Source of the DNA: a virus
DNA length: 64,000 nt
IMG/VR virus record: IMGVR_UViG_3300032053_000008
Direction: 5' to 3' (one strand)
Each line of letters starts with the position of its first letter. The first letter of the stretch is position 1. The notes under the pieces were generated by a model. It was not told where the DNA came from. It was given only the letters and a program-made list of their open reading frames with translations, and did no database searches. Position numbers and translations under genes: made by a program. Of the stretch, positions 56,101 to 64,000 are shown piece by piece.

Positions 56101-56907
56101 GAAACCGTTGGTTACTGCATTTGGATTAAACGCAATAGACTGAAATGACAAGCCAGAAGTTTCACGGATAGCTCCCCTTGGCACGTTACCTTTGGTGCCA
56201 AGTTCCACACATGACACCGGAACATCCAAAGCAGTTACGTCACCGTCTGGAATACTGACAGTAGCGGTAGTCTTAAAGGACACGCTTGTTACGCTGCTTG
56301 AACCTGGTGTATTGACCAAACTACCGCTTGGTATAGTTCTTTTGCCGCCTTGGCTCAAAATAACGGTTTCACCAATGTTGTGGAATTTGGTAGTAGGAGA
56401 ACTGGGGCTAAGGGTAATTAGCCAATAGGCTCCACCAGATTGCTGGCTTACCGAAGTATAAGCTAGTGGGCCTTCAACGTTTGGAGTACCACGACCAATA
56501 TAGATGCTGCCAGTAGCAGCAAACTTACTAGCATCATTGACATAAATGCTAAGACTACCAGCAACTGGGGCTGGCTGGCCAGCATAAACGCTAGAAGAAA
56601 TCTTGGTAAAAGAAATATCTGTGATATCAACGCGAGTAGAGGCAAAAGTGCCAGAGCTGATAGTAATATCGGCGTCAGCCGCTAGGCGCTGTAAAGACTC
56701 ACCTGTTGCTCTGTCTACAGACAAAGCATCAATCATGGCAATAACGTCAGCCGCAGCTTTAAAGTTTTGCTGGGCTACCGCACTAAAGAACTGGAGGATA
56801 ACCGATCCACGGCTAAAGTCATTAACGTCAGGCACCCTGGCCAGAAAGCTGGTGATCAGTTCACCGAGTATTTGTTCTTTAGACCTTAGAACTGGTAAAT
56901 CTGCCAT
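50122..56907 (-). CDS. giant baseplate J-like (wedge) protein with inserted Ig-like and CBM5/12-like modules
   Basis: N-term DRATGESLQRLA..GTKGNVP..DDDDTIRSKI; C-term AGFVNSLGVGESVPLSKVIESV..VQGV. Confidence 0.8.
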   Translation of the reverse strand: MADLPVLRSKEQILGELITSFLARVPDVNDFSRGSVILQFFSAVAQQNFKAAADVIAMIDALSVDRATGESLQRLAADADITISSGTFASTRVDITDISFTKISSSVYAGQPAPVAGSLSIYVNDASKFAATGSIYIGRGTPNVEGPLAYTSVSQQSGGAYWLITLSPSSPTTKFHNIGETVILSQGGKRTIPSGSLVNTPGSSSVTSVSFKTTATVSIPDGDVTALDVPVSCVELGTKGNVPRGAIRETSGLSFQSIAFNPNAVTNGFPPDDDDTIRSKIKIAEQIKSKGTEAAIKYAALGVTSPDDQNTVQSSAVVRYSNNSSTLVIDDGTGYQPIYGQTGIETVLSEALGGEQELQLRQYPVASVRLFTLAQAPFNLYENYSLTVDIEGESTTHYFAAGDFRVPGKATSYEVISSINGDPNINFSANTADNGTRIVIFPKDNTKNEMRVVDTGTLNANTVMSFPTDIQYTLLLYKNDTLLYEDGSSATLYSRVKSSWSSSLSEGDTLIYQVDGTPEISVTLTQAVFQQFDITATVSSFTSITVWAEALNYLMTGVVVSVVGETLSFSSARGATSQAIISILGGTAKDKMFTIGAGLYAQGRQSDYTLNRQTGQIGLTDPLTAGQSMFAGSAQSRAHVSTNSIPDGPGAPGNYWLVVDGSAAILSSGIDGTTRIDWSVTSGTLTINAKTPAGDPTAFGDVLPGDWFLAWTEAADQLNYPALYNFRGYWRVETAQVGRITVNATGFGLPGSGAPTTIPTDRFVIVRSLAPLQKLSFSVGTLSQFAAEINAGLSGVTAQVIGSTVRLNTQTAGPEGELAFVAADSPGKALGIIPPSIVQNIPSQRGFIANSYTQYSMPSFTWGTLPVVTNGINFTQADFTDLGGNLSMWLSPLNSTVIDTSEYTHASVGDYDSTTNLVTLNPPTYMANGKSPVQTGDRYFYQNSYSLSDTDTSVVVVDGDEVTKTYTLPVARGITVNADATPTLISFSADDAESSLTLDDPASFYDYSFNSWKIWRQAKTVLTDSIYSLTVSATDYGPSGNSQRVGIFYPSSVTATSLNLAYKTSSMTDIAVYLPVTTARTTTIDGTTSWTTQVTALPGAADQIVYTYRVGTAPNLLTSFVQTGDVAILDAALDFLSGNKGFQAKLQNVTATSFTLVVPSGSVVSDNIAFGQSYNIHRTLVVTTASPHNIVQGQRIGLWNTAISSGITQPINGSYYPTVINANQFSVSLPTSVPGGTVSSAALTNNVVTATTTAPHGLVAGNIVVISDFSDSNYNGLATVQSVPTPTQFTYLRNGTFPSVVGGWFDFQTYGTGTSVSNVSVVRSGSLVTVTTLPSHGLAIGQPVSILGSTLDVWNNSVSYTAGSIVSYSGNNYRALIATTIGDVPNLYPLQWVVTTQSFNNTYTVNTVVNATVSAWNNSISYAPADIVSYSGNNYVALIATTVGDAPNLYPLQWAVTAPSSFTFFYELTTGTQSAIVTPGSSVGLVSQGSLARAVGSSGALLNFVEAQSTSQEIIDALAQSYSSILSASVTSGFLGSDLVATSTLDTQLSGGFLSGTVTSRKTVAGSQKVYWIVNANVPAGSEITFSGLGAYNGTYEVMATKQLTVSTWQITTQTAVTAITSSTSVVAGTFTGYSAYLALGDGENYVDQTDLAAIGPNPQFVLQYAYNILPTIGETFKLVAYNNTQLQSFYNKLVVSGISNVTEVSFADYDQNLQIMTNTFGSVGSIQVAGGTANQKIVALVGSGSELENRIGVVNVPYDLRHGFDKGAWVKLGQTVLQNKQLGFNGSTQLRIQAVTNLQLVGGAGTFQTARAITSDETTVFQLQKQGNFTALIRLSGQAVNFGTAGVQEGDWVRLKNVPALAWAGTSTYVAGDRVFYSGFNFTALSGSSLVSPVKPIPDTVWDFADTYLVGQTVTFKSKAYRLGGIAPSQGDYPDDLGSPWVLVWEIQEWNGGNTGIHQVVRVFGQDTIYLDGTNFIEQIVTLGDASNINSYSYDSVMPGDTLVLSGPILGTLNIGRYTVQDEAYNPSYSFPSPTQIYLTPFSATNPTVTLADFYPQVNLEQLSTTKAYKKILAAGPSSSTTQSLVFDTPNLTSRFTSSNGAYVEAIGKLGYDTQAAFGIDAYKNYEGLVKAVNKVIYGDPTNPSQYPGVRAAGTSIDISPPLIRRVNLSLAVRLKTGIPFSSVRENIKAAAAGFVNSLGVGESVPLSKVIESVSKVQGVTSVVITFPTYTSSADRIAVANNEKALVLDPTNDITVSVLS

Positions 56908-56919
56908 TTTATGGACCTT

Positions 56920-57516
56920 TTACTGGAATTTAGCGATTAGTAGACCGGGTGTTGGTGGGGATACCCCGAAAGGAACTATACCAGGGACGCCAACCAGCAG
57001 TCCAGCTGAAAATCCCTGTGCAATACCCTTGATAAAATAAGTACCGTATTGACTTGACGCTAATTGCTGCTGACTTTCGGCAGGAAGATTGGCTAAGATA
57101 AGATTAGCAATTATCTCACCAGGCACGTTTTGTGGTGGACCAGCTTGCCCACCATAAGTAGAAACTGAAATAATATCAGTAAATTGCGCAAAATGGGCAC
57201 AACTGCTTTGATAAATTGCATCTAACATGTAGTCCAACGCTTCACCTTTACCGCCAAAATAGCCGACCAGAGCCGTAATCGCCGCCTGTTTACACAAACT
57301 CGGTTCTACCGTCAAACCTAGGCCGTTACCTGCCACAATAGGGCTTGGTATTAAAGACACGGCTACGGCCTGTTGCAGAGCGCCAATGACTCCCTTGGAT
57401 ATAGCTTGACATAAAACCTGTTGAAATGGCTGAGGAACAGCCCCTGGACTCATTTTTTGCATATTAGCGCGAAAAAGATTAAGCATATTAGTAGCTAACA
57501 CACTATCTGACATCAT
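56920..57516 (-). CDS. baseplate-region hypothetical protein
   Basis: Position in late operon. Confidence 0.65.
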   Translation of the reverse strand: MMSDSVLATNMLNLFRANMQKMSPGAVPQPFQQVLCQAISKGVIGALQQAVAVSLIPSPIVAGNGLGLTVEPSLCKQAAITALVGYFGGKGEALDYMLDAIYQSSCAHFAQFTDIISVSTYGGQAGPPQNVPGEIIANLILANLPAESQQQLASSQYGTYFIKGIAQGFSAGLLVGVPGIVPFGVSPPTPGLLIAKFQ

Positions 57517-60167
57517 CTGGTTGGCACCGTGGTTTTTATTGGCATAAGGGTACCGGTACTTGCAATACCAAGTAACAGTTCAATGTTTACGCTACCACCT
57601 TTTGTTAAAACTCGTCCAGCCTTTAGTCCGCTAAAGCGGTTATCTTGGGCAAAAAGAACAGCTAGATCATTAAGGGCCGTGCCCGGATTAAAGGTGGCTA
57701 CACTAGATCCAACTTGAACTGGATTACCAAAAAAAGGATCATCGAGTAGGTCACCTTTGTGAGTATAAAGCTTAATAAATGCTGCCTGAGTAAGGTTGGA
57801 GTAAGACCGAGCTACCGCTACGTCACTTCCTACTAATTGAATGTCTGCTGTACCTTGGCTGGTATCAAAATTAAGAGCAAAGTCAGACAAAGCCAAATAG
57901 GTGATATTTTGCAAATCTTTTTCGCTTGGGTTAATGCTCATGTTGCTAGGCACTTCGGCTGCATTTTGGCTTGGTATAGCAATCATCATAAAGCTATTTA
58001 CAGTGTTGGGCTTATAAGCGTGGAGCTTGGCTTGATCGGCTGCCGTAAATCTAGACAAATCCGCGTCACCGTTTACAGTTATCAAAGTCTGTATACTAGA
58101 AATTATCTTAATGGCGTCTATTCGCCTTGGTTCTGGTCTTTGGGTTATACTTTGGATCAGAATAGGTTGACCGATATACAAACCTTCTGGACTGGTTATC
58201 AAAAAGCTGTTACCAGACCCAGTAGACCTAAAGGGCACAAAAAAACCAACTTCGTCTACGTATGGTTCTTTAAGGCCATTAATCGCTGCAATTTCAATCC
58301 ATCTGTTCACATCACCTAAATAAGTTTGCGACAAACTTTCTAAGCTAGCTCCAAGAGGGAATGGTACATAGAACTTACTATTACTTTCAACAAAATCAAT
58401 ACCTTGGGTTCTGGCATAAGTGCCGTACCACCTAGAATAGTCTTCGTCTGTGGTGTTCTTTTGCGAGCGCATCAAAACAATCATCTGGTCCAAAGCTAGA
58501 CTCATGTCATTCATTACACTAAGTATTTCTATGTCTTCCGTGGTAAGAGCCTTAGTGTAAGTTGGACTGGCTAGGCCAAAGATCTGGTCATAAACCGGGC
58601 TGTTACCGCCAATACGCTGGGACAACAAAGCGGTAAACGAATCTAAAGCTAGCTTAATAATTTGTATATCTTCTGAAGTAAGCAAAGCAGCATTTTGTTC
58701 TTCTTGGGCTATCAATTCCTGGGTGGCTGAGTTTAATTGTAAAGTGTTGATAGTGGCAACACTAAGGATTTCGTCATATTCAGCCGGGTTGGCAAACATA
58801 TCACCAAAAGGATCTACTTCTAGTCCACCAGTTAAAGATGTTTGTTGTCCAGGAGAGTTTGGTCCTGACCTGGTGTTGTCTTGTTGATTAGCTGAAGTAT
58901 CAAACGGTGATGTAGTGGCCTTACCATCACGTTGAGGTTCGCCGCCATATACGTGAGCATTTATGCTTTTAATTTTTTGACGTATTTGTTCAGCTGTGCG
59001 GCTTTGCGACTGGTCATGAGACAAATTGGCAAAAGTTTCTTTAATTTGAGCTTCAGCGCTTCGAATAATAACGTCACTATAGTCAGTGATAGTTTTAGGG
59101 ATATTAGCTACAGTCTTGGCTAAAATTCTGGTTTTTTTAAGAGGTTGCAAAACTGCTGTATTTAAGTCAGCCTGAAAACCTTGCAACACACTAAGACCTT
59201 TGTTAATGGTAGCAATACCTTGGTCTAGTGTGCGGTTGATTTGAGCAAAAGGATTGATCGATTTTTCATTATGACCCGACTTAAAAGTTTCCGGCTTAGG
59301 CACTTCGCCTGTGTTAGGTGGCAATTCTGGCCACCTTTGCCAAGCAACTAAAGAAATAGAATAAAGATATTCTAGTGTTCCCGCTCCTTTACGTACAGAC
59401 ATGTTACTAAGTGAACAGTTGTAATACATCTTGTCTTTGTGCATCAAAAACATCAAAACCAGGTTCTTGTTGCCAGCTTTTTTAAGTTCAAGGTAAAGAT
59501 CCATAAAACGCATTAAATTGTGCGCAATTATATATCCAGTTTGTCCGCCATTAGACCAAGAAGCGTGCGTATCTAAAACCGGGCTATTTAAAGGAAGGCT
59601 TTCACCCATAAATGCACTAGCAATATTACCAACAGCCTGTAGTGTCTGTTTTGCTGAACTTACAGTACTCTGGGCTGCTTTTATAGTATTTTGAAAAAGA
59701 TAGTCTAATGGACCTTTTTTATTGCCACCTGAGTTTGTCTGATTGCTGTTTGAAACGGCGGTAGGGTACACACCGGTAGACCCATTGATAGATATTTGAC
59801 GTAATGGTGCTCCATTGTGCTCTTCTACGATACCCTTCATAGTCACAGTGGTATTAATAGCAGCGGGAACACTAATGTTTATAGATTGAGGAGGTAAAGG
59901 CAAAACAAAAGACATGACTTTTGTTTTGTTTTTTATATCGTATATAACAAACTCATAGTTGAACTTGCTAAATGAATTGGCAGCATCCAGCGATTGATAC
60001 TGAAACAATAAAGAGTCTTGAGATAGTTTATATTGCTTTATTATCGAAGCAGAATCAGTTAGATATAGACCGGACCCATCTGACAAGGTATCTTGTCCGG
60101 TACCTACTCCTATCAGTTTTGCGCCTTGGTCTAATAAGCCGTCCCTAGCATCGTCTAAAAGTGTCAT
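57513..60167 (-). CDS. baseplate protein with LysM-like and C-terminal gp25-like regions
   Basis: SLESLSQTYLGDVNRWIEIAAINGL; NLTQAAFIKLYT.KG.L...P.FG. Confidence 0.65.
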   Translation of the reverse strand: MTLLDDARDGLLDQGAKLIGVGTGQDTLSDGSGLYLTDSASIIKQYKLSQDSLLFQYQSLDAANSFSKFNYEFVIYDIKNKTKVMSFVLPLPPQSINISVPAAINTTVTMKGIVEEHNGAPLRQISINGSTGVYPTAVSNSNQTNSGGNKKGPLDYLFQNTIKAAQSTVSSAKQTLQAVGNIASAFMGESLPLNSPVLDTHASWSNGGQTGYIIAHNLMRFMDLYLELKKAGNKNLVLMFLMHKDKMYYNCSLSNMSVRKGAGTLEYLYSISLVAWQRWPELPPNTGEVPKPETFKSGHNEKSINPFAQINRTLDQGIATINKGLSVLQGFQADLNTAVLQPLKKTRILAKTVANIPKTITDYSDVIIRSAEAQIKETFANLSHDQSQSRTAEQIRQKIKSINAHVYGGEPQRDGKATTSPFDTSANQQDNTRSGPNSPGQQTSLTGGLEVDPFGDMFANPAEYDEILSVATINTLQLNSATQELIAQEEQNAALLTSEDIQIIKLALDSFTALLSQRIGGNSPVYDQIFGLASPTYTKALTTEDIEILSVMNDMSLALDQMIVLMRSQKNTTDEDYSRWYGTYARTQGIDFVESNSKFYVPFPLGASLESLSQTYLGDVNRWIEIAAINGLKEPYVDEVGFFVPFRSTGSGNSFLITSPEGLYIGQPILIQSITQRPEPRRIDAIKIISSIQTLITVNGDADLSRFTAADQAKLHAYKPNTVNSFMMIAIPSQNAAEVPSNMSINPSEKDLQNITYLALSDFALNFDTSQGTADIQLVGSDVAVARSYSNLTQAAFIKLYTHKGDLLDDPFFGNPVQVGSSVATFNPGTALNDLAVLFAQDNRFSGLKAGRVLTKGGSVNIELLLGIASTGTLMPIKTTVPTR

Positions 60168-60168
60168 A

Positions 60169-60978
60169 TTAACTTCCTGCCTTTACTTTTGTGCTGCCGA
60201 TAAAAGGAGCCCCGGTTACATAGCAGGCTGGTTGGGTCATAGTGGTAAGGACCATTCCCTCTTCACCAGCTAAACTGATTTGTAGTGCGTCTATTTTGAC
60301 TGATTGACTGGCTTTTATTTCAGCTGTAAGTACGTCAGCTTTAAGCTTTTTAGCTTTTACGTTGGCATTGCTGCATGTCAAATTGACATCACCGGCCACC
60401 TTAAGGGTAGCATCACCGGCTATAGTGATTGAGTTGTCACCTCTAACTGTGATCTTTAAATCACCACATTTAATAGTTACAGCATCGTTTGCGTTGTCAA
60501 TTTTGATTTCATTTAAGCCGGTTACTTTGTCAGCTGTAAGAGTGATATCGTCTGGGGTAAGCAAAATCTCTGAAGCTACTGGCCCTGTTTCACCGTCTAG
60601 TGTGCGAATAGCGTAAGTACCGTCTGGCGTAATTTCTGTTTCGGTTTGACGCAAGTGCTGCAAAAAGCTAGGGCCATCCGTAACCTTTGGTTTTATTTCT
60701 GCCTTCCTAGATCCACCAACTATAACCCCAATGTTTGGCAAACCATTGATAAACATAACCAAAGCTCGATAGTTTTTATCTAAAACGTGATCAGCATAAT
60801 CTATTGGACTACCAAACCATCCATCCATAACGGTGCATCGGTAGGTTTGTTGGGCTCCACCGTCAAGGGTTATATGGACATCATATTCGTATTGGTACTT
60901 GGTGATACTTTCCTTGTCTTTAGGAGATATAACCTTTATCACTGTTCCGCAATACAGGCCGTTTAATTTATACATCAA
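60169..60978 (-). CDS. baseplate spike / gpV-like protein
   Basis: OB-like N-terminus plus beta-helix repeats (ITVRGDNSITIAGDATLKVAGD). Confidence 0.7.
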   Translation of the reverse strand: MMYKLNGLYCGTVIKVISPKDKESITKYQYEYDVHITLDGGAQQTYRCTVMDGWFGSPIDYADHVLDKNYRALVMFINGLPNIGVIVGGSRKAEIKPKVTDGPSFLQHLRQTETEITPDGTYAIRTLDGETGPVASEILLTPDDITLTADKVTGLNEIKIDNANDAVTIKCGDLKITVRGDNSITIAGDATLKVAGDVNLTCSNANVKAKKLKADVLTAEIKASQSVKIDALQISLAGEEGMVLTTMTQPACYVTGAPFIGSTKVKAGS

Positions 60979-63125
60979 AATTTACCTTTTATGTATGAAG
61001 TAGCCTGGGTTCTTATGTCTGTTGGACTTATCGCTTGTCCAGTTATTCGTTTTTGGACTTCAGTTAAACCTGGTCCTGGAGTATTTGTGGCGTATATACC
61101 AACAGTGTCTAAGCTAACATAATGAGGTGAGTTTTGCACATTGCTTAAACTAGAGGCAATTACACCATGGCTAAGTCCGTATGTGGTACGAAACTGTTTA
61201 GTACCATTTTTACCTAAAGTCGCTGAATGATTAATTGATTCAATATGAAAAAGAAGCCCTCTAACTTCTAAATTGTCTCCCTCAGCTACAGGTAAACTAC
61301 ACCCTATGGTTGTTAGTTCTCCTTTAGCTTTTAGGTGACCATTAAATTTCCAATCAGCCTGCATTTTTGCCCATATTGGAGAAAAAGTGAAAGTTAGGGA
61401 GTTATCTGGACTCATATCAAAAGGAGTGGACATAACGAAAGCTCTGGTACCATGTCTTTGTATATCAAGTTCATCAACTACGTAATTTCCAAGTCTTAAC
61501 TGTGAGGCCGTTTTAGTATCCTGGTTAAGGGCTTGATCTCCAACAAAAGTCAAACTACCTGTTGTTCCTGTGATTTGGACAAAGTTTATTCTTTCCGCTT
61601 CATCCGTGTGCCAAGTGAAATCAGTTATTAAAGCTTCATCTACAATCCATCTAGGGAGATTGCCATAATAGGTTCTAAGATCAGCTACAGCTCCTGAAGG
61701 GGAGTTTTGGCTACTAAAAGCTTTAGCTCCACCTATTTTAGAAGCTGCAGCACTTGCCGCAGCAGCAGCCTTACCAGCAGCTCCTGGCAAATTATCAAAA
61801 AAGCTAGATGAAGAGTCTGCTTTAGTTTGATCATAGCTAAATATGTTTGGATTGGTTTCAGATTGATCTTGGTCTACTTGAATGTTCATTTTATTAGTTT
61901 CGGTAATTTTTTTCCAATTACCAGTACTAAATGGAACCTCTCTAACTATAAGTTGAGGTCTTATTTGACCTTTGTGATCCAACTTTAAAGATGTATACAT
62001 TTCATTTGACACCGGGTTCAAATAATCGCTCAATGTTTCCCAGACAGACTTATTGTTCCATTCTGGGGATATAAATGGGGTATAACCCTTACACCTAGAT
62101 GAAGTTAAATGAAAAAAATTAGACTGAGCTTTTGGATCATTTAGTCCACCAACAGCCTGGTCGTTTATAGCAGGTGCAAATTTTTTAAACCATGTTGGTC
62201 CACTAGATTGACTATACGTCTGAAGTCCTAGATATATTTGATATATATCCCATATTTTACCAGGATCTATACTTAAAATCTGAAAAACATGTTTAGTTGG
62301 TAAAATAACCTTAGACACCGTTCCTCTAATACCTGTCACCTTGTCAGCATCAGCTGGACTTGAAACCCCAAGACAAGTTAAAAAGAGTAGTCCTATAACT
62401 ATATCTGGAGTTTTCTTTTGTGTGTCCGGTTCAAGTAGTATCTTATAGACATTACTAGCCAAAGTGGCTATATTTGAGTCAACAATAGAGCCAAGAAGAC
62501 TTAAAAAGTTTGTTTGTTGTTGCGCTATCTGGGAAACTGGTGAAGATCCTGTTTTTTGGACTTCCAGTGATTTGATGGACAAATCAGGAGGAAATAAATA
62601 ATACAAAGATGAAGCCATTTCAAGAAAAGCTTGAGCTTGTATTGAACAGCTAACTGTCCTTACTCCGCCTGACATATTGTCAGACATGCTGGTGCTAGTT
62701 ACTCGACCCATAAACTTGAAACCGGATCGATAACTATTCAGTTTACCTTTGGGACTATAACCCGGATCTGATCTTACTTTACCTAATTCTATGGCAACCG
62801 TTTTAGCGTCTTCTTGGTTGTCATTAATCCAAATAAAACACCAATCACCATTATTGATCAAAACTGGGTAATTTACGTTTGTTATTTTGAGGTTTATGTT
62901 GGCCATTTTACCAAAAGAGCTTTTGGAATTGGATATATTAACCGCTATTGCATCATTTTCTACAATAACCAAAGGTTCTGGTTCATTAACGCTTACATTT
63001 GATGGGGCATAAGCGCTGATAGGGTCTTTGTAACGACTAAAAGCTACAGTCCAGGTTGGAGTATAGCTGGAATATTGGCCAGTTACGTTGGGCGACAAAA
63101 ATGTATATGGACAGCTTCTTTGCAT
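60975..63125 (-). CDS. baseplate hub-like protein
   Basis: Position between tape measure and spike; C-term GDNLEV..FHIESINH. Confidence 0.6.
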   Translation of the reverse strand: MQRSCPYTFLSPNVTGQYSSYTPTWTVAFSRYKDPISAYAPSNVSVNEPEPLVIVENDAIAVNISNSKSSFGKMANINLKITNVNYPVLINNGDWCFIWINDNQEDAKTVAIELGKVRSDPGYSPKGKLNSYRSGFKFMGRVTSTSMSDNMSGGVRTVSCSIQAQAFLEMASSLYYLFPPDLSIKSLEVQKTGSSPVSQIAQQQTNFLSLLGSIVDSNIATLASNVYKILLEPDTQKKTPDIVIGLLFLTCLGVSSPADADKVTGIRGTVSKVILPTKHVFQILSIDPGKIWDIYQIYLGLQTYSQSSGPTWFKKFAPAINDQAVGGLNDPKAQSNFFHLTSSRCKGYTPFISPEWNNKSVWETLSDYLNPVSNEMYTSLKLDHKGQIRPQLIVREVPFSTGNWKKITETNKMNIQVDQDQSETNPNIFSYDQTKADSSSSFFDNLPGAAGKAAAAASAAASKIGGAKAFSSQNSPSGAVADLRTYYGNLPRWIVDEALITDFTWHTDEAERINFVQITGTTGSLTFVGDQALNQDTKTASQLRLGNYVVDELDIQRHGTRAFVMSTPFDMSPDNSLTFTFSPIWAKMQADWKFNGHLKAKGELTTIGCSLPVAEGDNLEVRGLLFHIESINHSATLGKNGTKQFRTTYGLSHGVIASSLSNVQNSPHYVSLDTVGIYATNTPGPGLTEVQKRITGQAISPTDIRTQATSYIKGKF

Positions 63126-63140
63126 TAAACTCTCTTACCG

Positions 63141-64000
63141 TTAATTGCCAGAATTCATTTTAAGCCATTTTTCTTGATTTTGTTTTCTTGATCCAGCTCC
63201 AGTAACTGGTCCTGCAGGCATTGGCTGTGTGTCTTGTCCAACAGCTTTCCTAAATTCTTCTAAAGTGTTTTGGGTAAACTTAGCAAATGCTTCACCAAGA
63301 ATTTCCCCAACCTGTTTACCAGAACTGCTAGCTTCTTTTGAAAAAGCATCAATAAGGGCGCTTTCCTGAGTTTTAGCTTCAGTTTCTTGTAACCTTGCTT
63401 GAGATGTTCCACCTATAGATACATTGCCGGATTTCATTTCAACAAAGTTGCCGGGTGACTCCATAGTGCCACCAATGTTTGACAGCATTTCGGGAGTAGT
63501 ACCCATACCTATTTTGCCAGTAGCGTCACCGGTAGCAGAATATGCTCCTCTAGTAGGCATACCATACTTTTTCAATATTTCGTCTGTTTTTTGTCCTTGA
63601 GGGGTATTAAGACCTAAAACATTTGACCTAGCTTGAGCCGCTTGAGTTCCAACACCCTGTATTTTAGCTTTAATTTCATCTATTGAATCAGAAGTATTGG
63701 TAGTTTCTTTAATTACTTTAGCAGCTGCATCTATTCTACCAGCCGCAATTTGTTTTTGCAATAAATCTGCCGTCATTGGATCTAGATTATAGCCATATAA
63801 AACCTTCATCATCCCAGCACCCAATAGGGTCTGAGGATTAGCTATTGCATTTTGCATCATTGAGTTGGCATTAGCTGCTACAGCCATTTTGTCTGAGGGG
63901 TTCATGTTCATCCCTTGCATAGACTGCAAAGCGCCCATAAACCTGCCACCAACCTCCTGTTCACTAACCGCTCCGCCAAATTGTCCTTGTATACCTGCCA
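63141..64000 (-). CDS. tape measure protein, C-terminal part (partial)
   Basis: Ala/Gly/Met/Gln-rich helical sequence upstream of the hub, frame open toward the window edge. Confidence 0.5.
   Translation of the reverse strand, partial: AGIQGQFGGAVSEQEVGGRFMGALQSMQGMNMNPSDKMAVAANANSMMQNAIANPQTLLGAGMMKVLYGYNLDPMTADLLQKQIAAGRIDAAAKVIKETTNTSDSIDEIKAKIQGVGTQAAQARSNVLGLNTPQGQKTDEILKKYGMPTRGAYSATGDATGKIGMGTTPEMLSNIGGTMESPGNFVEMKSGNVSIGGTSQARLQETEAKTQESALIDAFSKEASSSGKQVGEILGEAFAKFTQNTLEEFRKAVGQDTQPMPAGPVTGAGSRKQNQEKWLKMNSGN

Noticed and set aside
1-64000. Stop-codon reassignment
   Set aside because: Long genes are intact in the standard code and TAA, TAG and TGA all terminate genes at sensible positions

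Overview
A 64-kb segment of a large lytic myovirus-type phage genome using the standard genetic code; no integrase, tRNA, CRISPR array or reverse transcriptase was seen. The minus strand carries the late virion module: tape-measure C-terminus, baseplate hub/spike/wedge, a 2261-aa baseplate-J-like protein, a cluster of about nine tail-fibre/collar genes and a multidomain ART-like protein. Dense blocks of small early/accessory genes, mostly on the plus strand, are interleaved with it (orn-like exonuclease, two metallophosphoesterases, SF2 helicase, ThyX, MazG-like, ClpP-like, lytic transglycosylase). The main signals outside the ORF track are: (1) 14 near-perfect flagellar sigma-28/FliA promoters (TAAAGTTT-N11-GCCGATAA) heading the early blocks, suggesting a host whose infectable state runs on FliA (e.g. 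attack-phase Bdellovibrionota; inference); (2) a complete type II hammerhead ribozyme at the stop codon of a sigma-28-driven coiled-coil lipoprotein gene; (3) a helicase / 7-repeat-array locus that appears split by an 80-nt promoter-bearing insert flanked by ATTTG direct repeats; (4) a ~310-nt highly structured intergenic RNA; (5) a TAATCT late-promoter-like motif; and (6) GAGGATGTATGA stop/start junctions that appear to act as gene-shuffling points. All calls were made by eye without database searches.
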